Positions 39,142 to 52,513 of a stretch of 64,000 nt of DNA are shown piece after piece. Below the pieces are notes generated by a model. That model saw only the letters and a program-made list of their open reading frames with translations, had not been told where the DNA came from and searched no databases. Within the stretch, counting starts at the first letter, position 1, and every line of letters starts with the position of its first letter. Origin of the DNA: Octopus sinensis (Eukaryota). The stretch lies in assembly GCF_006345805.1 (NCBI RefSeq), contig NC_043012.1, positions 248,001 through 312,000 of the forward strand. The letters are read 5' to 3'. The position numbers were made by a program, and so were the translations under genes.

Positions 39142-40004
39142 GCTTGTCTACGTTTGAATACATAAATAAATAAATGTATAAATAAACATAACCAGAATCT
39201 TCTATATGACATTGAGATGGCACTTTGAAAACATTTTAATCGGCTGGACATATAACAACTTGACTGAAGAGTTTGTGAAATATTTCGCTAAGAATTTGTG
39301 TAATTCCAGGGAATTTGTTCCGACTAAACATTTACTCACTGAAATAAATTCAGTTCTAACTTGTAGATATGTAGTTGGTACATCCATAAAGACGTTAAAA
39401 TAACAGTCAAATATCCTTCAAATTACAGTTTACTAAATTAAATGTGGACATTTCTCAATTTAATCCTCCACGCTTCTATGTAGAAGGAATCGTCACAGTT
39501 GCAATGTCTTCGATTATAGGTCTGATCTATCAGTTTTGACCTGGGGCTAAATAACAGCAGCATTAAGAAGACCAAGAAGCAGCCTAAACTATACTTCGCA
39601 GCAGTGCAAGGTACGGTTTAGGTTGCAGTTGGCATCCAGCACATGCCATACCGTCCAACCAATGCCAGCATGGAAAACAGACGCTAAATGATGATGGTGG
39701 TGGTGATGATGATCATGATGATGATGAAGATTATGAATATCAGAAATCAAAACGTAAGTTAAAAAACACCAATAAAACAAATGTAATTCCCAGAACTAGC
39801 TTCTGCCTATGACCGCACCGGTGTGTCAGACCATGTTGCTCCTGTTCTTACAAGTTCGGTCATCAGCGACTTTGCAGTAAGTACATCTAGTGAATGTTTT
39901 TTTTCTTTTTTTTTTTACATTATAGACAGATCGAAGGTAAGGTGGGAACGATCCAGCAAACGTAAATCCCTGCGGCAGGAAGGTAGACCACACGAAGCAT
40001 TGGG

Positions 40005-40169
40005 TAATAAACATAGAGGGGACAAACAAGGACAGACAAACGGATAAGTCGATCACATCGACCCCAGTGTGAAACTGGTACTTAATTTATCGACCCCGAA
40101 AGGATGAAAGGCAAAGTCGACCTCGGCTGAATTTGAACTCAGGACGTAACGGCAGACGAAATACGGCTA

Positions 40170-40172
<3 letters not shown>
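40005..40172 (-). mobile_element. Family B SINE, 5'-truncated at (TA)n
   Basis: Matches 55767-55992. Confidence 0.8.
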
Positions 40173-40220
<48 letters not shown>

Positions 40221-40283
40221 GTTTTCTATATAACGTTCCGTCTTTAGTCATAACATGTGGTATATTATCAAGGCAATAAATAG

Positions 40284-40558
40284 ATTGCAGCGTGGAAGGT
40301 GTTTGTAAGCCATTTAAGAAACACACAAAAGCCGTTCGATTCACTTCAACATTTAAGTTTAATTTGTCAAAATATTTTCGTCGCTTTAAAACCGCGACCT
40401 GTTCACTGACAAAAATCCGTGCTGCATTTTTGTCAGTGAACAGGTCGCGGTCTTAAAGCGACGAAAATATTTTGACAAATTAAACTTAAATGTTGAAGTG
40501 AATCGAACGGCTTTTGTGTGTTTCTTAAATGGCTTACAAACACCTTCCACGCTGCAAT
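40284..40558. repeat. Near-perfect palindrome: 133-bp arms, 9-bp spacer, 1 mismatch
   Basis: 40284-40416 is the reverse complement of 40426-40558; spacer CCGTGCTGC; minus-strand copy continues to (TA)n near 40220. Confidence 0.92.
40429..40479 (+). ncRNA. Candidate hammerhead ribozyme with swapped G3-C8 core; mirror copy on minus strand at 40363-40413
   Basis: TTTGTCA-GTGAACA-G-GTCGC-GGTCTTAAA-GCGAC-GAAA-A-TA-TTT-TGACAAA: 7-bp stem I, 5-bp stem II, palindromic AATATT stem III, UUU triplet. Confidence 0.6.
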
Positions 40559-41438
40559 TATTTTCGTTTCAGCACACGATCTCAGATCAAATCACTTGCT
40601 ATGCAAGTACATCTCCGTAAATAAATAGATTGTAATCTAGAAAATTTAAAATTACACTATGCGATTATGTATCTATGCATGTATGTTTGTATTTTGTGTA
40701 TATGTATATGTACATCAAGAAAAAGGTTGAAAATTTGCCTTTCATACTACAATAAGTATAAAACAAGAACTCAAAGATTGAAAGATTTCTGTAAGCGATG
40801 ATGAAAGACGACACCAGAACAAACCCTAACAAGTAATTAAACGATTCAAACATCACAGACGACACACATAAACAGTGTTTCACGTGTATTTTCACAGAGA
40901 TTAACTTTCAAAGTTTACTTTATGGTTTTCCTTGCGGTTTTCGCGGATAAATACTGAGGAAAGAACTTTTTTTTTTCTGTTTCAAGTCAGACACCCCTGA
41001 TAGTCTTTACTTATCAAAATATCAAGCAATGACTTTTAGTTCGATTCCCCCACACTCCTGCGTACTAAAACACATAAATTAACAATTCTTAAATGCTACG
41101 ACAGCATAACTGTCTTTCTACCAAGATGGCTGTTTAAAACGCATCAAGTAAACTAACTTCCTTCCCGTTTTTAAACAGAAACGGGTCTATTTTTTTATGT
41201 ATTAAGGAGGTGACCTGCTTTACACCATTTCTTCCCGCACCGAGTTAAAGTTCCGCTGATGTCGGCCTTGCCTTTCATCTATTCAGAGGTCGATAACAAA
41301 AGCGCCGGTAGAATCTGATGTCAATGAAATCAACTAACCCTGCTTCCAATTCCTACCTCCTTCAATTGTTGTGATTGTGTCAAAGGTGCCAACAGTTTTA
41401 TATATTCGCACCGCTCAGTTATCTATCTATGGCTATGT

Positions 41439-41524
<86 letters not shown>

Positions 41525-41603
41525 TGTGTGTGTGACTTTTGTGATTATTTACGAAAAGCTCGTTAAAAAACCAGTGATCATTTGTTTACGTCCCCGCACT
41601 TAG

Positions 41604-42545
41604 CGGTGGTGGTGGAGGCGGCGGAGGCGGAGGCGGCGGCGGAGGCGGCGGAGGCGGCGGAGGCGGCGGAGGCGGCGGAGGCGGCGGCGGCGGCGCAGGC
41701 GGCGGCGGCGGAGGCGGCGGCGCAGGCGGCGGCGCAGGCGGCGGAGGCGGAGGCGGCGGTGGCGGCGGAGGAGTAGGCGGTGGCGACGGAAGAGGCGGCG
41801 GCGGTAGTGGTGGTGGTGACGGTGGTTGTGGTGGTGGCGGTCGTAACGGTTGTAACGGTGGTAGCAGTGGTATTGGTGGTGGTGACTGTTATGGTTGTTG
41901 TGATTGTCATGGTGGTGGTGAGAGTGGTGGCAACGGCGGCAGGGTTGGTGGTGCTATTGGCGGCGGCAGTGGTGGTGGTGGTGGTGGTGGTGGTGGTGGT
42001 GGTGGTGGTGGTGGTGCTATTACTGCTTCTGCTGCTGCTGTTAGTACTGGTGCTGGTGAAAACGGTACCGTTGGCAATGGCGTTGGTTGTTTTTCATTGC
42101 TGAAATTTTGGTGGAGACAATTCAGTAATGAAATTGATAGCATTCGTGTTAATAATAAAGATGATAATGGCGATGATGATGATGATGATGGTGATTCATC
42201 ATCATTATCATCATCATCAGCATCATGATTCTGATGATGATGATGATGAGATGATGATGATGATGATGATGATGACGATGATCATGGTGATGATGTTGAC
42301 GATGAGGATAATGGTGGTGGTGATGGTGATCATGATGTGGAAGAGGAGGTGAAAGAGGAGGGGTGGAGGACGAGATGGAGGAGGAGGTGGAGGAGGAGGT
42401 GGTGGTGGCGGTGGAGGAGGAGGAGGAGGAGGAAGAGGGGAGTGGAGGGAGATGATATTTATAATGATGATGATGATGTTGATGACGATGATGACCATGA
42501 CGATGATAATGATGATGATGGCGATGACGATGGTGATGATGATGA
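41604..42545 (+). repeat. Composite trinucleotide array (GGC/GGA, GGT, GAT, GGA)
   Basis: About 940-bp G-rich mosaic; one frame is open 41578-42228 (Gly-rich, no ATG). Confidence 0.9.
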
Positions 42546-42811
42546 CTTATCGCAATGACAGGGTTGGTCAGAGAATGACAATTCTGAATTTCATGTTATT
42601 GTGGCTTGGGACAGAATGCGATATTCTGTATATGATTGTCTCTTGTTACGTATCTTTTTTGCTGTTGTTGTTTTTGTTTCAGTGTCATCGGGTATGTTAT
42701 GTGTTTTGTCAAAACCCACCCACATAAGGTTATTTGGGGCACCCGACTTCAAACGAGGATTGTGTTTCTTTGCACACACACACAGATAGATAGATACATA
42801 CATACATAGAC

Positions 42812-42892
<81 letters not shown>

Positions 42893-42903
42893 TAGATAGA
42901 TAT

Positions 42904-42940
<37 letters not shown>

Positions 42941-43004
42941 CATATGACATATATATATATAGATAGATAGATAGACAGATAGACATATATATATATATAT
43001 ATAT

Positions 43005-43035
<31 letters not shown>

Positions 43036-43043
43036 TATGTGTG

Positions 43044-43115
<72 letters not shown>

Positions 43116-43240
43116 TATATGCATATGTGTATATACACGTGTGTATGTGTGTGTGTATACATACATATACAGACAAATATATATATATAACTATAGAGAG
43201 AGATAGCGAGAATGGTCTATGTGTAACATTAAATGTAGAC

Positions 43241-43400
43241 GCAGGAGTGGCTGTGTGATAAGTAGCTTGCTTACGAACCACATGGTTTCGGGTTCAGTCC
43301 CACTGCGTGTCACCTTGGGGAAGTGTCTTCTACTATAGCCTCGGGCTGACCAAAGCCTTGTGAGTGGATTTGGTGGACGGAAACTCGTGGACGCTCGTTT
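43241..43400 (+). mobile_element. Family A SINE head fragment
   Basis: GCAGGAGTGGCTGTGTG...GGGTTCAGTCCCACTGCG. Confidence 0.8.
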
Positions 43401-44546
43401 TGTGTGTGTGTGTGTGTGTTGTGTGTGTGTGTGTATCTATATTGTCTCCAAAAAACATGAAATCGAAAGAAAAAGCGCACTCTAAGTTAGAGAGTAGTAT
43501 ATATTAAAAATGGGGAAGACCGGTTTATGGGATTACCTTAGGTTTCCTGTGCATTAAGGGTTGGTCTAAGCACTCTTAAAAATATCTCTTACGAGCTCTT
43601 GAACCAATGACCTTACCCATTTTTAATATATATATATACACACACACACACGAGATTCATTGTTTTATTCGATCTGGTAAAGGAGATTTTGAAATACATC
43701 AGAGGGCTAGTAATGTATTACCTAGATTCCAAATCCCTGTCCTTCAACGTGTGCGCGTGTGTGTGTTTGGTTTGTACACATACACGGGCACGAGCGCGAT
43801 GTTGTGTGTGTGTGGACATGTTCAAACGTTGCTGACCCGATGAATGAATAAGAGCATATTCCAATATTCCGCCAATACTGTAGAGTTTTTCGTTTATTTA
43901 AACTGCATACCTTTTTCGTGGTTTGAACTTTACTAGAGGCATCATCATGCACACAAGTATCCGTTTACTGTTCAATTTTACAATGAATAATTCTGCGTAA
44001 ACCGGTCAACCACCCACGCAATATTTGTCTCCTAAGTATTCGTCAAAAGTCATTGGTTGATTGCGATAAGACAGCACTCAGAAGACTTCCGTAGTGGGAT
44101 CAAATCAGGAACCATGTGGTTGCCGAGGCGGCGGACCTTTTAACCACACAGCTAGGCCTATTCATTCATTCATCCGTTCCTCCGCGCATCCATATGCACG
44201 CGCTTACTCACTTGAGAGGCAAATGACCCATTAACACTTCAAAGTGTAAAACGCAAGAAAGAAAGAAAGAAATAAGTAAAATTAGATGGAACGGAAAGTC
44301 ACGTAAATAAAAGAACAATAACTACAACAACAAGCAACAACAACAACAACAACAAGGGTTAAAATAAGGAAAAGGAAAAAGAAGAAACAAGTGAGGTGTA
44401 ATGAATGATTAATGAAATGAACAGCAAATGATAACTGAGTCAGTTATGAACAATTGAAGTTCCGGAAGTGAGGGAGTGCTTAACCACGTGACTAAATCTC
44501 AGGCGGAAATTCGGTATATTTTTGTTGGCGGCTTTTAAAGATATTT

Positions 44547-45135
<589 letters not shown>

Positions 45136-46109
45136 TTTTGTTTCATCTTTGGTATTGTAGACTTGTCGTTAAGGATGTGTAACAACAGACTGTCTTATGA
45201 TGGCGGTTGTTGTTAGCTTTGATAGAACAGAACTTCTCACAGACTTATCTTCAAGGTTGAGGTATAACACATTGTCTTAATTTTGTTGTGGGTGCTGTTA
45301 TTGTTGTTGTTGTTTTTGTTGTTGTTGTTGTTGTTGTTGTTATTTAACCCCAGATTGAACCCGGATACCGCAACCCTACGATAGAATTATTTTTAGCAAT
45401 AATGTGTAATTCATTGTCATCGTATTATTGTCTTCGCCTTTAATCATCCTTTCCTAAAATAAAACAGCTGACAAATATCCGTAGATACGACGACTAACCC
45501 GCTTCCGTCAAATTTACAGGCCTTGTGTTTAAATCAACACCAATTGTAAGAATCACCATTTGTGCACTAAACTCGATATAATCGACTAGTCTCTCCCACA
45601 AGGTTGCAGACCTTGTGCCTTGCTTTTTTTATCGCATACCCGTATTTTATTTTGTGCAAATCCCCACTACTTTCTTGTGTTGTATCATCCTGTTTGTTTT
45701 GTGTTCGGCCCTTGCGGCCAATAAACCAAAGTTTATCATTATTATTATCATTATAATTATAAGTAGTAGTAGTAGTAGTAGTAGTAGTTAGTAGTAGTAG
45801 TAGTAGTAGTAGTAGTAAGTAGTAGTAGTAAGCCCACGTCATCCTCCATTTACCGTCACCCACATCATATGTGGGTGACGATCATCCACATCATATAGTT
45901 CGGTCAAATCCGAAATTCCAATTTTTGAGGATAAAACGGATTTGTAGTGACATAGGGGATTACTGGAAACATGCAAATGCTTTTGTACACCATTATGTCG
46001 AACGCGGTTACACGATTAAAAGAAATAGCAAATGAGATTATTTTACTTTTATTCTTTTACTTGTTTCAGTCATGTGACTGCGACCATGCTGGAAAGATTA
46101 GCAAAGAAA

Positions 46110-46830
46110 ATCAAACCTTCACGTAAAATTTTAGCAAATACAATGCAACATGTGACAGAATTTCTTTAGTGATTAACTGGCACAGAAATTTCGCTAGTAT
46201 TTCAAAAGTGTTGCATGAAAGTATTGCGGGAAAGTATGTTCGTTTCAAACAGATAGTTCCTCAGCCGCCTGTTGTAACCTTTAGACGGAATAAATATATA
46301 AGAGATCTCTTGACCTCTGTTTCGGACTTCAAGAAAACTAACATTGGAGTATCTGCACGTTGTACCTTGCAAAACAGCCGCAAGAGAGTTAAACCCTGTT
46401 TATTCTGCAATAGTATGAGTCAAGTGAATTCCATCAGGAATCATAACAGAAATGTTATGATTTATACAGAATGTGAGACATGTAGAGATTCCCCTTCTGG
46501 TGTACGCGGCAGAATGTACGAAACGCAACTTGATTTATGTTGGTTATACAACAGAACAATTAAACAAAAGATTTAATGGGCACAGATTTGATTTCAGGCA
46601 CAATACCAGTAATTCGACAGAACTTGCCGAACATTTTGTTTCAAACGCCTGCGATTTTGAAAAAGACTTGAAAGTACATATTCTTAGAAAATATTCTAAA
46701 TCTGCTTCCCTTTCAACACACAAAATGCATCAGGAAAAATGCTTGCGGCTTATTACCATCACGCTCAGGAGGAATGAGTAAAATGGCAGGAGAATATCAT
46801 CAAATTTACACAAAACTGTTTCATTGAATA
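46110..46830 (+). mobile_element. Penelope-like retroelement 3' fragment (linker plus GIY-YIG)
   Basis: PQPPVVTFRRNKYIRDLL...CLFC, then frameshifted LVYAAECTKRNLIYVGYTTEQLNKRFNGHRFD...LAEHF. Confidence 0.8.
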
Positions 46831-47083
46831 TTCTTCTTTTTCCTTTGCTTTTTCATTCCTTTTTTTTCTCACTTTTTTTCAGTCTTTTCCTTTTCGCCCG
46901 TTCAACGTGTAGACGCTAGTTAATCTCGATCATACGATAGATTTGAATTTCTATAATTTTGAATTTGTATCACATTTTATCTTGGACTCGACAAAGACAG
47001 GCTTCCTATGGAAATATCGTTCAACCAATAAAATATCTATTGCAATCGCATCGTGCTCTGCATCTTGTCTATCATCATTATTA

Positions 47084-47180
<97 letters not shown>

Positions 47181-47346
47181 CAGCAGCAGTAGTAGTAGTA
47201 GTATTGAGTGAAAGAGTAGTGCATGCCATCAAAGTGACATTGGAGTAAAATATACGAAGCCCAGTATACCCATCATGACTACCCGTCTGATAAGGGTACA
47301 CTAGGCACATGCATCACAACCATATGTGCGCGACATGGTGATCTCA

Positions 47347-47392
<46 letters not shown>

Positions 47393-47794
47393 TACTTTTA
47401 ATCTGCATGTTTGTTACAATCACTTGCCCAGCGTCCTAGGGCGAGTGTTGGATAAGAGCTGTTATAAAATGACTGAAAGTTTGGAGTGAAGGAGTGACAG
47501 TAAAATATATTTTAAACTGATAGGATTTTGCTAGGAATGTGGGCAGTACTTGTCAGCATAATCTTTTGGATTTCTCTGAGACATGATTCTCCTGGGATAT
47601 TATCTAGATATTTCTGACATCCCATTTTTTTATCATACCTAGCGTACCCACAATAACAGGAACAGTTCTCGTTTTAAGATGTCACATCTTTTGTATTTCA
47701 ATTTTCAGGTCCTTAAAGTTATATAATTTGTCAAATTCATTTACAGATATAGTTTTATCAGTGGGAATATCAATGAGGAGGCATACTCTCTCTT

Positions 47795-48130
47795 TTTACT
47801 CTCTCTTTTACTCTTTTACTTGTTTCAGTCATTTGAGTGCGGCCATGCTGGAGCATGCTGGAGCCCACGGGACTTATTCTTTATAAGCCTAGTACTTATT
47901 CTATCGGTCTCTTTTGCTGAACTGCTAAGCATCGGTTGTCAAGCGATATTGGGGGTACAAACACATACATATATACATATACATATATACGACGGACTTC
48001 TTTCAGTTTCCGTCTACCAAATCCACTCACAAGGCTTTGGTCGGCCCGAGGCTATAGTAGAAGACACTTGTCCAGGGTGCCACACAGTGGGACTGAACCT
48101 GGAACCATGTAGTTGGTAAGCAAGCTACTT
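47795..48130 (-). mobile_element. Family A SINE with internal deletions
   Basis: Tail TACTCTTTTACTTGTTTCAGTCATTTG through head ...GCAAGCTACTT. Confidence 0.8.
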
Positions 48131-48374
48131 TTATTCATTAAATTTGCCATGAAGGCAGTACATAAATGTAGCTTTGCGGGCTGGACGTAGGCATTGATGG
48201 TATGAATGATGGTAATGGAACGAAGGTGGTGATGGGAGAAGACGAAAGCGCCCGCCGACTTCCGCTTCTCTAAGACAATGTTCTTTTTTCAAGACACAAT
48301 GAGGCAATAAACCTCTTACTTAATAACACAATGTTCAGAGTTCTATTTTTTTCTTCTTTTCTTTTTTGAAACAC

Positions 48375-50110
48375 ACAGAAAGTCGCTCGTTCAGGTCATC
48401 CGGCGGACCAGTGCTTTTGTTCCACTGTGGCAATCACCCGATGTTAGGCTAACCATGCAGTCATAATTTGGTAGGAGTCCTCCGGAAAGGAATTCATGAT
48501 CCTGGACAGATCATTTTCCCCTATGACCTCCGCAGCCACCTGCGAAGGCCACTCAGGGTCCTCCGTGCGGGACAGAAGTCTCTCCCATTGGCCCCTTCTT
48601 TTCATTTTCTTAACTTCATTTTCCATGATTCCTCCTTTGTACAAGAGGATCACATATTCATCCTCCGGCGGCACACCCGCCTGAGGAGGCTTGGGAAACG
48701 CCGTCTGCGTGTTACAATCCGCCGGCGGCGTCCCGTTTCTCTTTCTTCTTCTTTTCCTTTTTTCCCTGGGCCGCGGGAGGGTGAGGTTCCGGTGTTGCAC
48801 ACAACGGGTCCTCTTTTTCTCCCGCAGCTTCCGGGTCTTTCGGTGGGTCACCATTGTTGCCCATCTTTCTTTTCTTTTTTGAGAAAGTAGCAGTTTCCTC
48901 GTTATGTTTCTCTCCTTCCATTAGGGGGTGGCAGGGAGAGGTTCCAACATTAACTGTTCCAGGATCTTACTTTGGTCCCTGGGGCAGTTCTTCTTAATGT
49001 GGCCGGTCTCCAGACACAGGTGACACTTGGAGGGGGCGTCCCTCAAGCATCACCGGATACTTGGACCCGGCCATCCTTAAGAAATCTGGAAAAACCAGAC
49101 TTTTGGCTGATTGGGTCCATAGGGTCAAAACAGCTTTCGACCCCTCCCAATCAGCCGCAGGCAACACTTTTACATTTAGCAGCTTGGCACTGCTACAACC
49201 CAGACCCCGGCGGATAGAGTCCTCTATCCACTCGGGCTCAACTCTGGGCGGCAGTCCGCAGATCCAAGCCCTCAATAATTTTTCTCCCATATAATTTGGG
49301 AGAAACAATATTTCTTTGCCCTCAATGGGCTGGCTTGCAAAGTCGCAAGCTTCTTTTGGGGAGTCAAATAGCAACCAAACCGTTGCGTATTTCACTCCCC
49401 GTGAGATAAATTTAACGGCTGGCATGTAGTCCGCCAGCTCGTTTAAAATGGTGGCCTTTGAGAAGACGGCTATGGTGTCGAGCGACTTCGAGTATGTTCT
49501 CAACACCACGGTCTTCCTTTCCAGCTCTTTTAAATATTTTTTGGGAGGTGTTAGGTCCCACACAATAAATTCCTTTGCCATTTCGAAACGGAAAACAATT
49601 GAAGTTCAAAAAGTGTAAGAAAATAAATAAGATAGAAAGAGGGAAAAGAGAAAACACAACAGAAGAAAAGAATTACAATAAAAATAACAGTTCAAAAGAG
49701 TTATTTTTAAAATAAACGATAGCTGGAAGAAGAGAGTTCAAATTCAGCAAAGGAATTAATTTTTTTTTGCCGAAAAGGTACTCCTGGCCAAACGTCCAAA
49801 ACAGTCCTTGGTTATCCTCGGTTCTTCTTGGTAAATCCAACACAAAGGCAATTAATTTTTGAGGAGGGGCTACGCCTCCTCAAAAAACACAATTCTCACT
49901 GCAAAGTGATTCTTTACGCTCGACCACAGGCAGGAAAAATGTCCGGAGCAAAGTGGAGTCTATTACTCTCCAAAAAATAATAAATACAGAGCAATAAACT
50001 TCACTAAGCCCCACAAAAAATTCAACAAATGCCTACCTGTAGTCGAGTCTCAAATTTCAATAATTCACGCCGAAACGTGACATCCGGCAGCAGCCAAAAA
50101 ACACGTCCTG
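48375..50110 (-). mobile_element. Tx1/L1-clade LINE 5' part: 5' UTR plus ORF1 with CCHC zinc knuckle; ORF2 absent
   Basis: ORF 48994-49581 (195 aa); a one-base frameshift restores KCHLCLETGHIKKNCP (CX2CX4HX4C); basic tail follows to about 48444. Clade is inference. Confidence 0.7.
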
Positions 50111-50118
50111 CACCTATG

Positions 50119-50119
<1 letters not shown>

Positions 50120-50176
<57 letters not shown>

Positions 50177-50177
50177 G

Positions 50178-50238
<61 letters not shown>

Positions 50239-50251
50239 TACTACTACTATT

Positions 50252-50289
<38 letters not shown>

Positions 50290-50311
50290 TATTATTATTA
50301 CTATCATCATT

Positions 50312-50359
<48 letters not shown>

Positions 50360-50372
50360 GTCATCATCATCA

Positions 50373-50406
<34 letters not shown>

Positions 50407-50428
50407 CATCATCATTATTATTATTATA
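50120..50428 (+). repeat. Composite (ATT)n/(ATC)n trinucleotide array
   Basis: About 310 bp abutting the 5' end of the LINE. Confidence 0.95.
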
Positions 50429-50506
50429 CACACAAACACTCAAAAACACATACACGTGTGTGTGTGTGGGTGGGTGTGCGTGGGGGTTGTGTGGAGGTGT
50501 TTCTGT

Positions 50507-50800
50507 CGACGTCATTCCTGAAGGATTATCCCACTAGAAGTTAGGGCATTTCCAAAGCTATCTTTGGAAAATTAGCGTTTAATATCAATTCCATTTGCAA
50601 CGACGTCATTTCTCATTAAAATTATTCTCGAAGAATACAACCATTATTAAATGTCACTTTCCCCTCATTATCGTTCAATATCTACATCACTAACGACCTC
50701 ATATTTTGATTGCTATGGGAGTTCCTCGTCGCGATTTTCCAATGAAACGCTGCCTGGGATTTTCCAGAAAATCCCCACACCGTGACGTTATTTCTGACGT
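50507..50800. promoter_or_regulatory. Candidate enhancer: cluster of NF-kB/Rel-like and CRE/ATF-like motifs
   Basis: GGGATTTTCC 50756-50765, GGGGATTTTC (rc) 50767-50776, GCGATTTTCC 50731-50740, GGGAGTTCC 50717-50725, GGGCATTTCC 50544-50553, GGGATAATCC (rc) 50523-50532; CGACGTCATT at 50507 and 50601; TGACGT at 50783 and 50795. Confidence 0.45.
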
Positions 50801-51806
50801 AGTATTGAATCTGTAATTATAGGCGAAGCGAAATTTAAAACGCAGTTGCTCTTGTTTATTTCTGTATTAGATTCTATCAAGCGAATCTGTTGAGTATAAT
50901 CACTCCATTTGCACCCAACCCATTTTTTTTTTTTGTAATTCTATATTATTTTTTTTTTTTTGTTTTTTTGTATATTTATGAGGAGAAATCGCGATTGATA
51001 GTAGAATAAGTACCAACCAGCTTACGGACATTGAAGTCAAAGAGGTCCTCCAGTATGCCCGCAGTGAATGCGTGAAGTAAGTCAAACAATAAAAGTAACA
51101 CACAACACACACACACCATACACTACATATAATATATATATATATTATATATATATATATATATATACATATGCAATATATATATATATATATATATGCA
51201 TATATGTATGTATTATTGTATGTGCGTGTGTGTAGATCTTTACATATATATATATATATACATACACACAAATATAAAATACGTACATATATATGTATCT
51301 ATGTATTGTATGTGAGTGTATGCGTGTGTGTGTATGTGTGTGTATGTGTGTGTGTGATGTGCGTGTGTGTAAAGATGTATACATACACACAAACACTTAC
51401 AATATACATAAGTATCCCTACTTTATGCATTGTTACAAAAATACCAGAAATTTATGCCAAATTCCGGTTCCTCCTTCATGGCGTATAATAACACATTGTT
51501 TTATAAACAGACATTCCTTTATACACTCGCATCATCTACATACTTATGCTACATACGCACACACAGGCAAGCACACGCACGCAGACATGGTTGTGAGATT
51601 GTGTATGCGCATGTACTCTATATTGAAGTGTGCACGAGTGTATACGTATGCGCAAGAGGAGGAGGAGGGGGTTCGGGTTTTGGATACGCTGTCTATGTCT
51701 GTTATGTGCTGGTAATGGTCGGTGGTGGTGGTGCTGCTGTTTTGCGAGGAAGACTGTGGTAAGTGTGTAGCGCTGTTGAGAGTTGTTAGCGCGTGCGTAT
51801 GTATAC

Positions 51807-51845
<39 letters not shown>

Positions 51846-52157
51846 CAAAATATGGGAACTTCCGTATATACTCAAATTAAGTTTCTTCCCTATACACGCA
51901 CACGCATACGTTATATGATGTTGTGTGTTATATATATATATATATAATGTAACTTGCTCGGAATGAATGCGAGGCGTTCGATCATATAATAATGATTATA
52001 TATATATATATTATATATATATATATATATATTACATACAATAACATATATAAATATATATATATAAATATATATATATATAATATATAAATAAATATAT
52101 ATAAATATATATGTTTTTGAAGGCTGGACAGGCTCCTCAATAAGCAGATCTCACTAT

Positions 52158-52204
52158 CCTGGGCTGATGACGGGTTAAGACCCAGAAACATGCACGTCCT
52201 CAGG
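52158..52204 (+). ncRNA. Minimal type I hammerhead ribozyme
   Basis: CCTGGG-CTGATGA-C-GGGT-TAAG-ACCC-A-GAAAC-ATGCAC-GTC-CTCAGG: canonical core, GUC triplet, 6-bp stem I (one G-U), 4-bp stem II. Confidence 0.75.
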
Positions 52205-52391
52205 TGTGAATCTTGGCTGTGGGGGGTGCTTACCTCCCCTTCACAAACATAAGGACACAGAGGAAAAAATGTTGTGAATCACAGGAAGCGTTCGATGCTT
52301 CCTAGGGCTAAACAGCGGTGTATAATTCCCATACGGGACTGTCACGTTAAGTTGACGGTATACCACCACCATATTTATATCTATCTATCTA

Positions 52392-52441
<50 letters not shown>

Positions 52442-52513
52442 ATGTAGGTCCCGGGTTGAGTCGGGGTTAACCACAGTAAATAAGTACTCAATACATAGCA
52501 GAGTAAATTAATA

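Noticed and set aside
39206-39403. 65-aa ORF (MTLRWHFENILIGW...)
   Set aside because: No recognisable motif or splice signals; could be old transposon debris.
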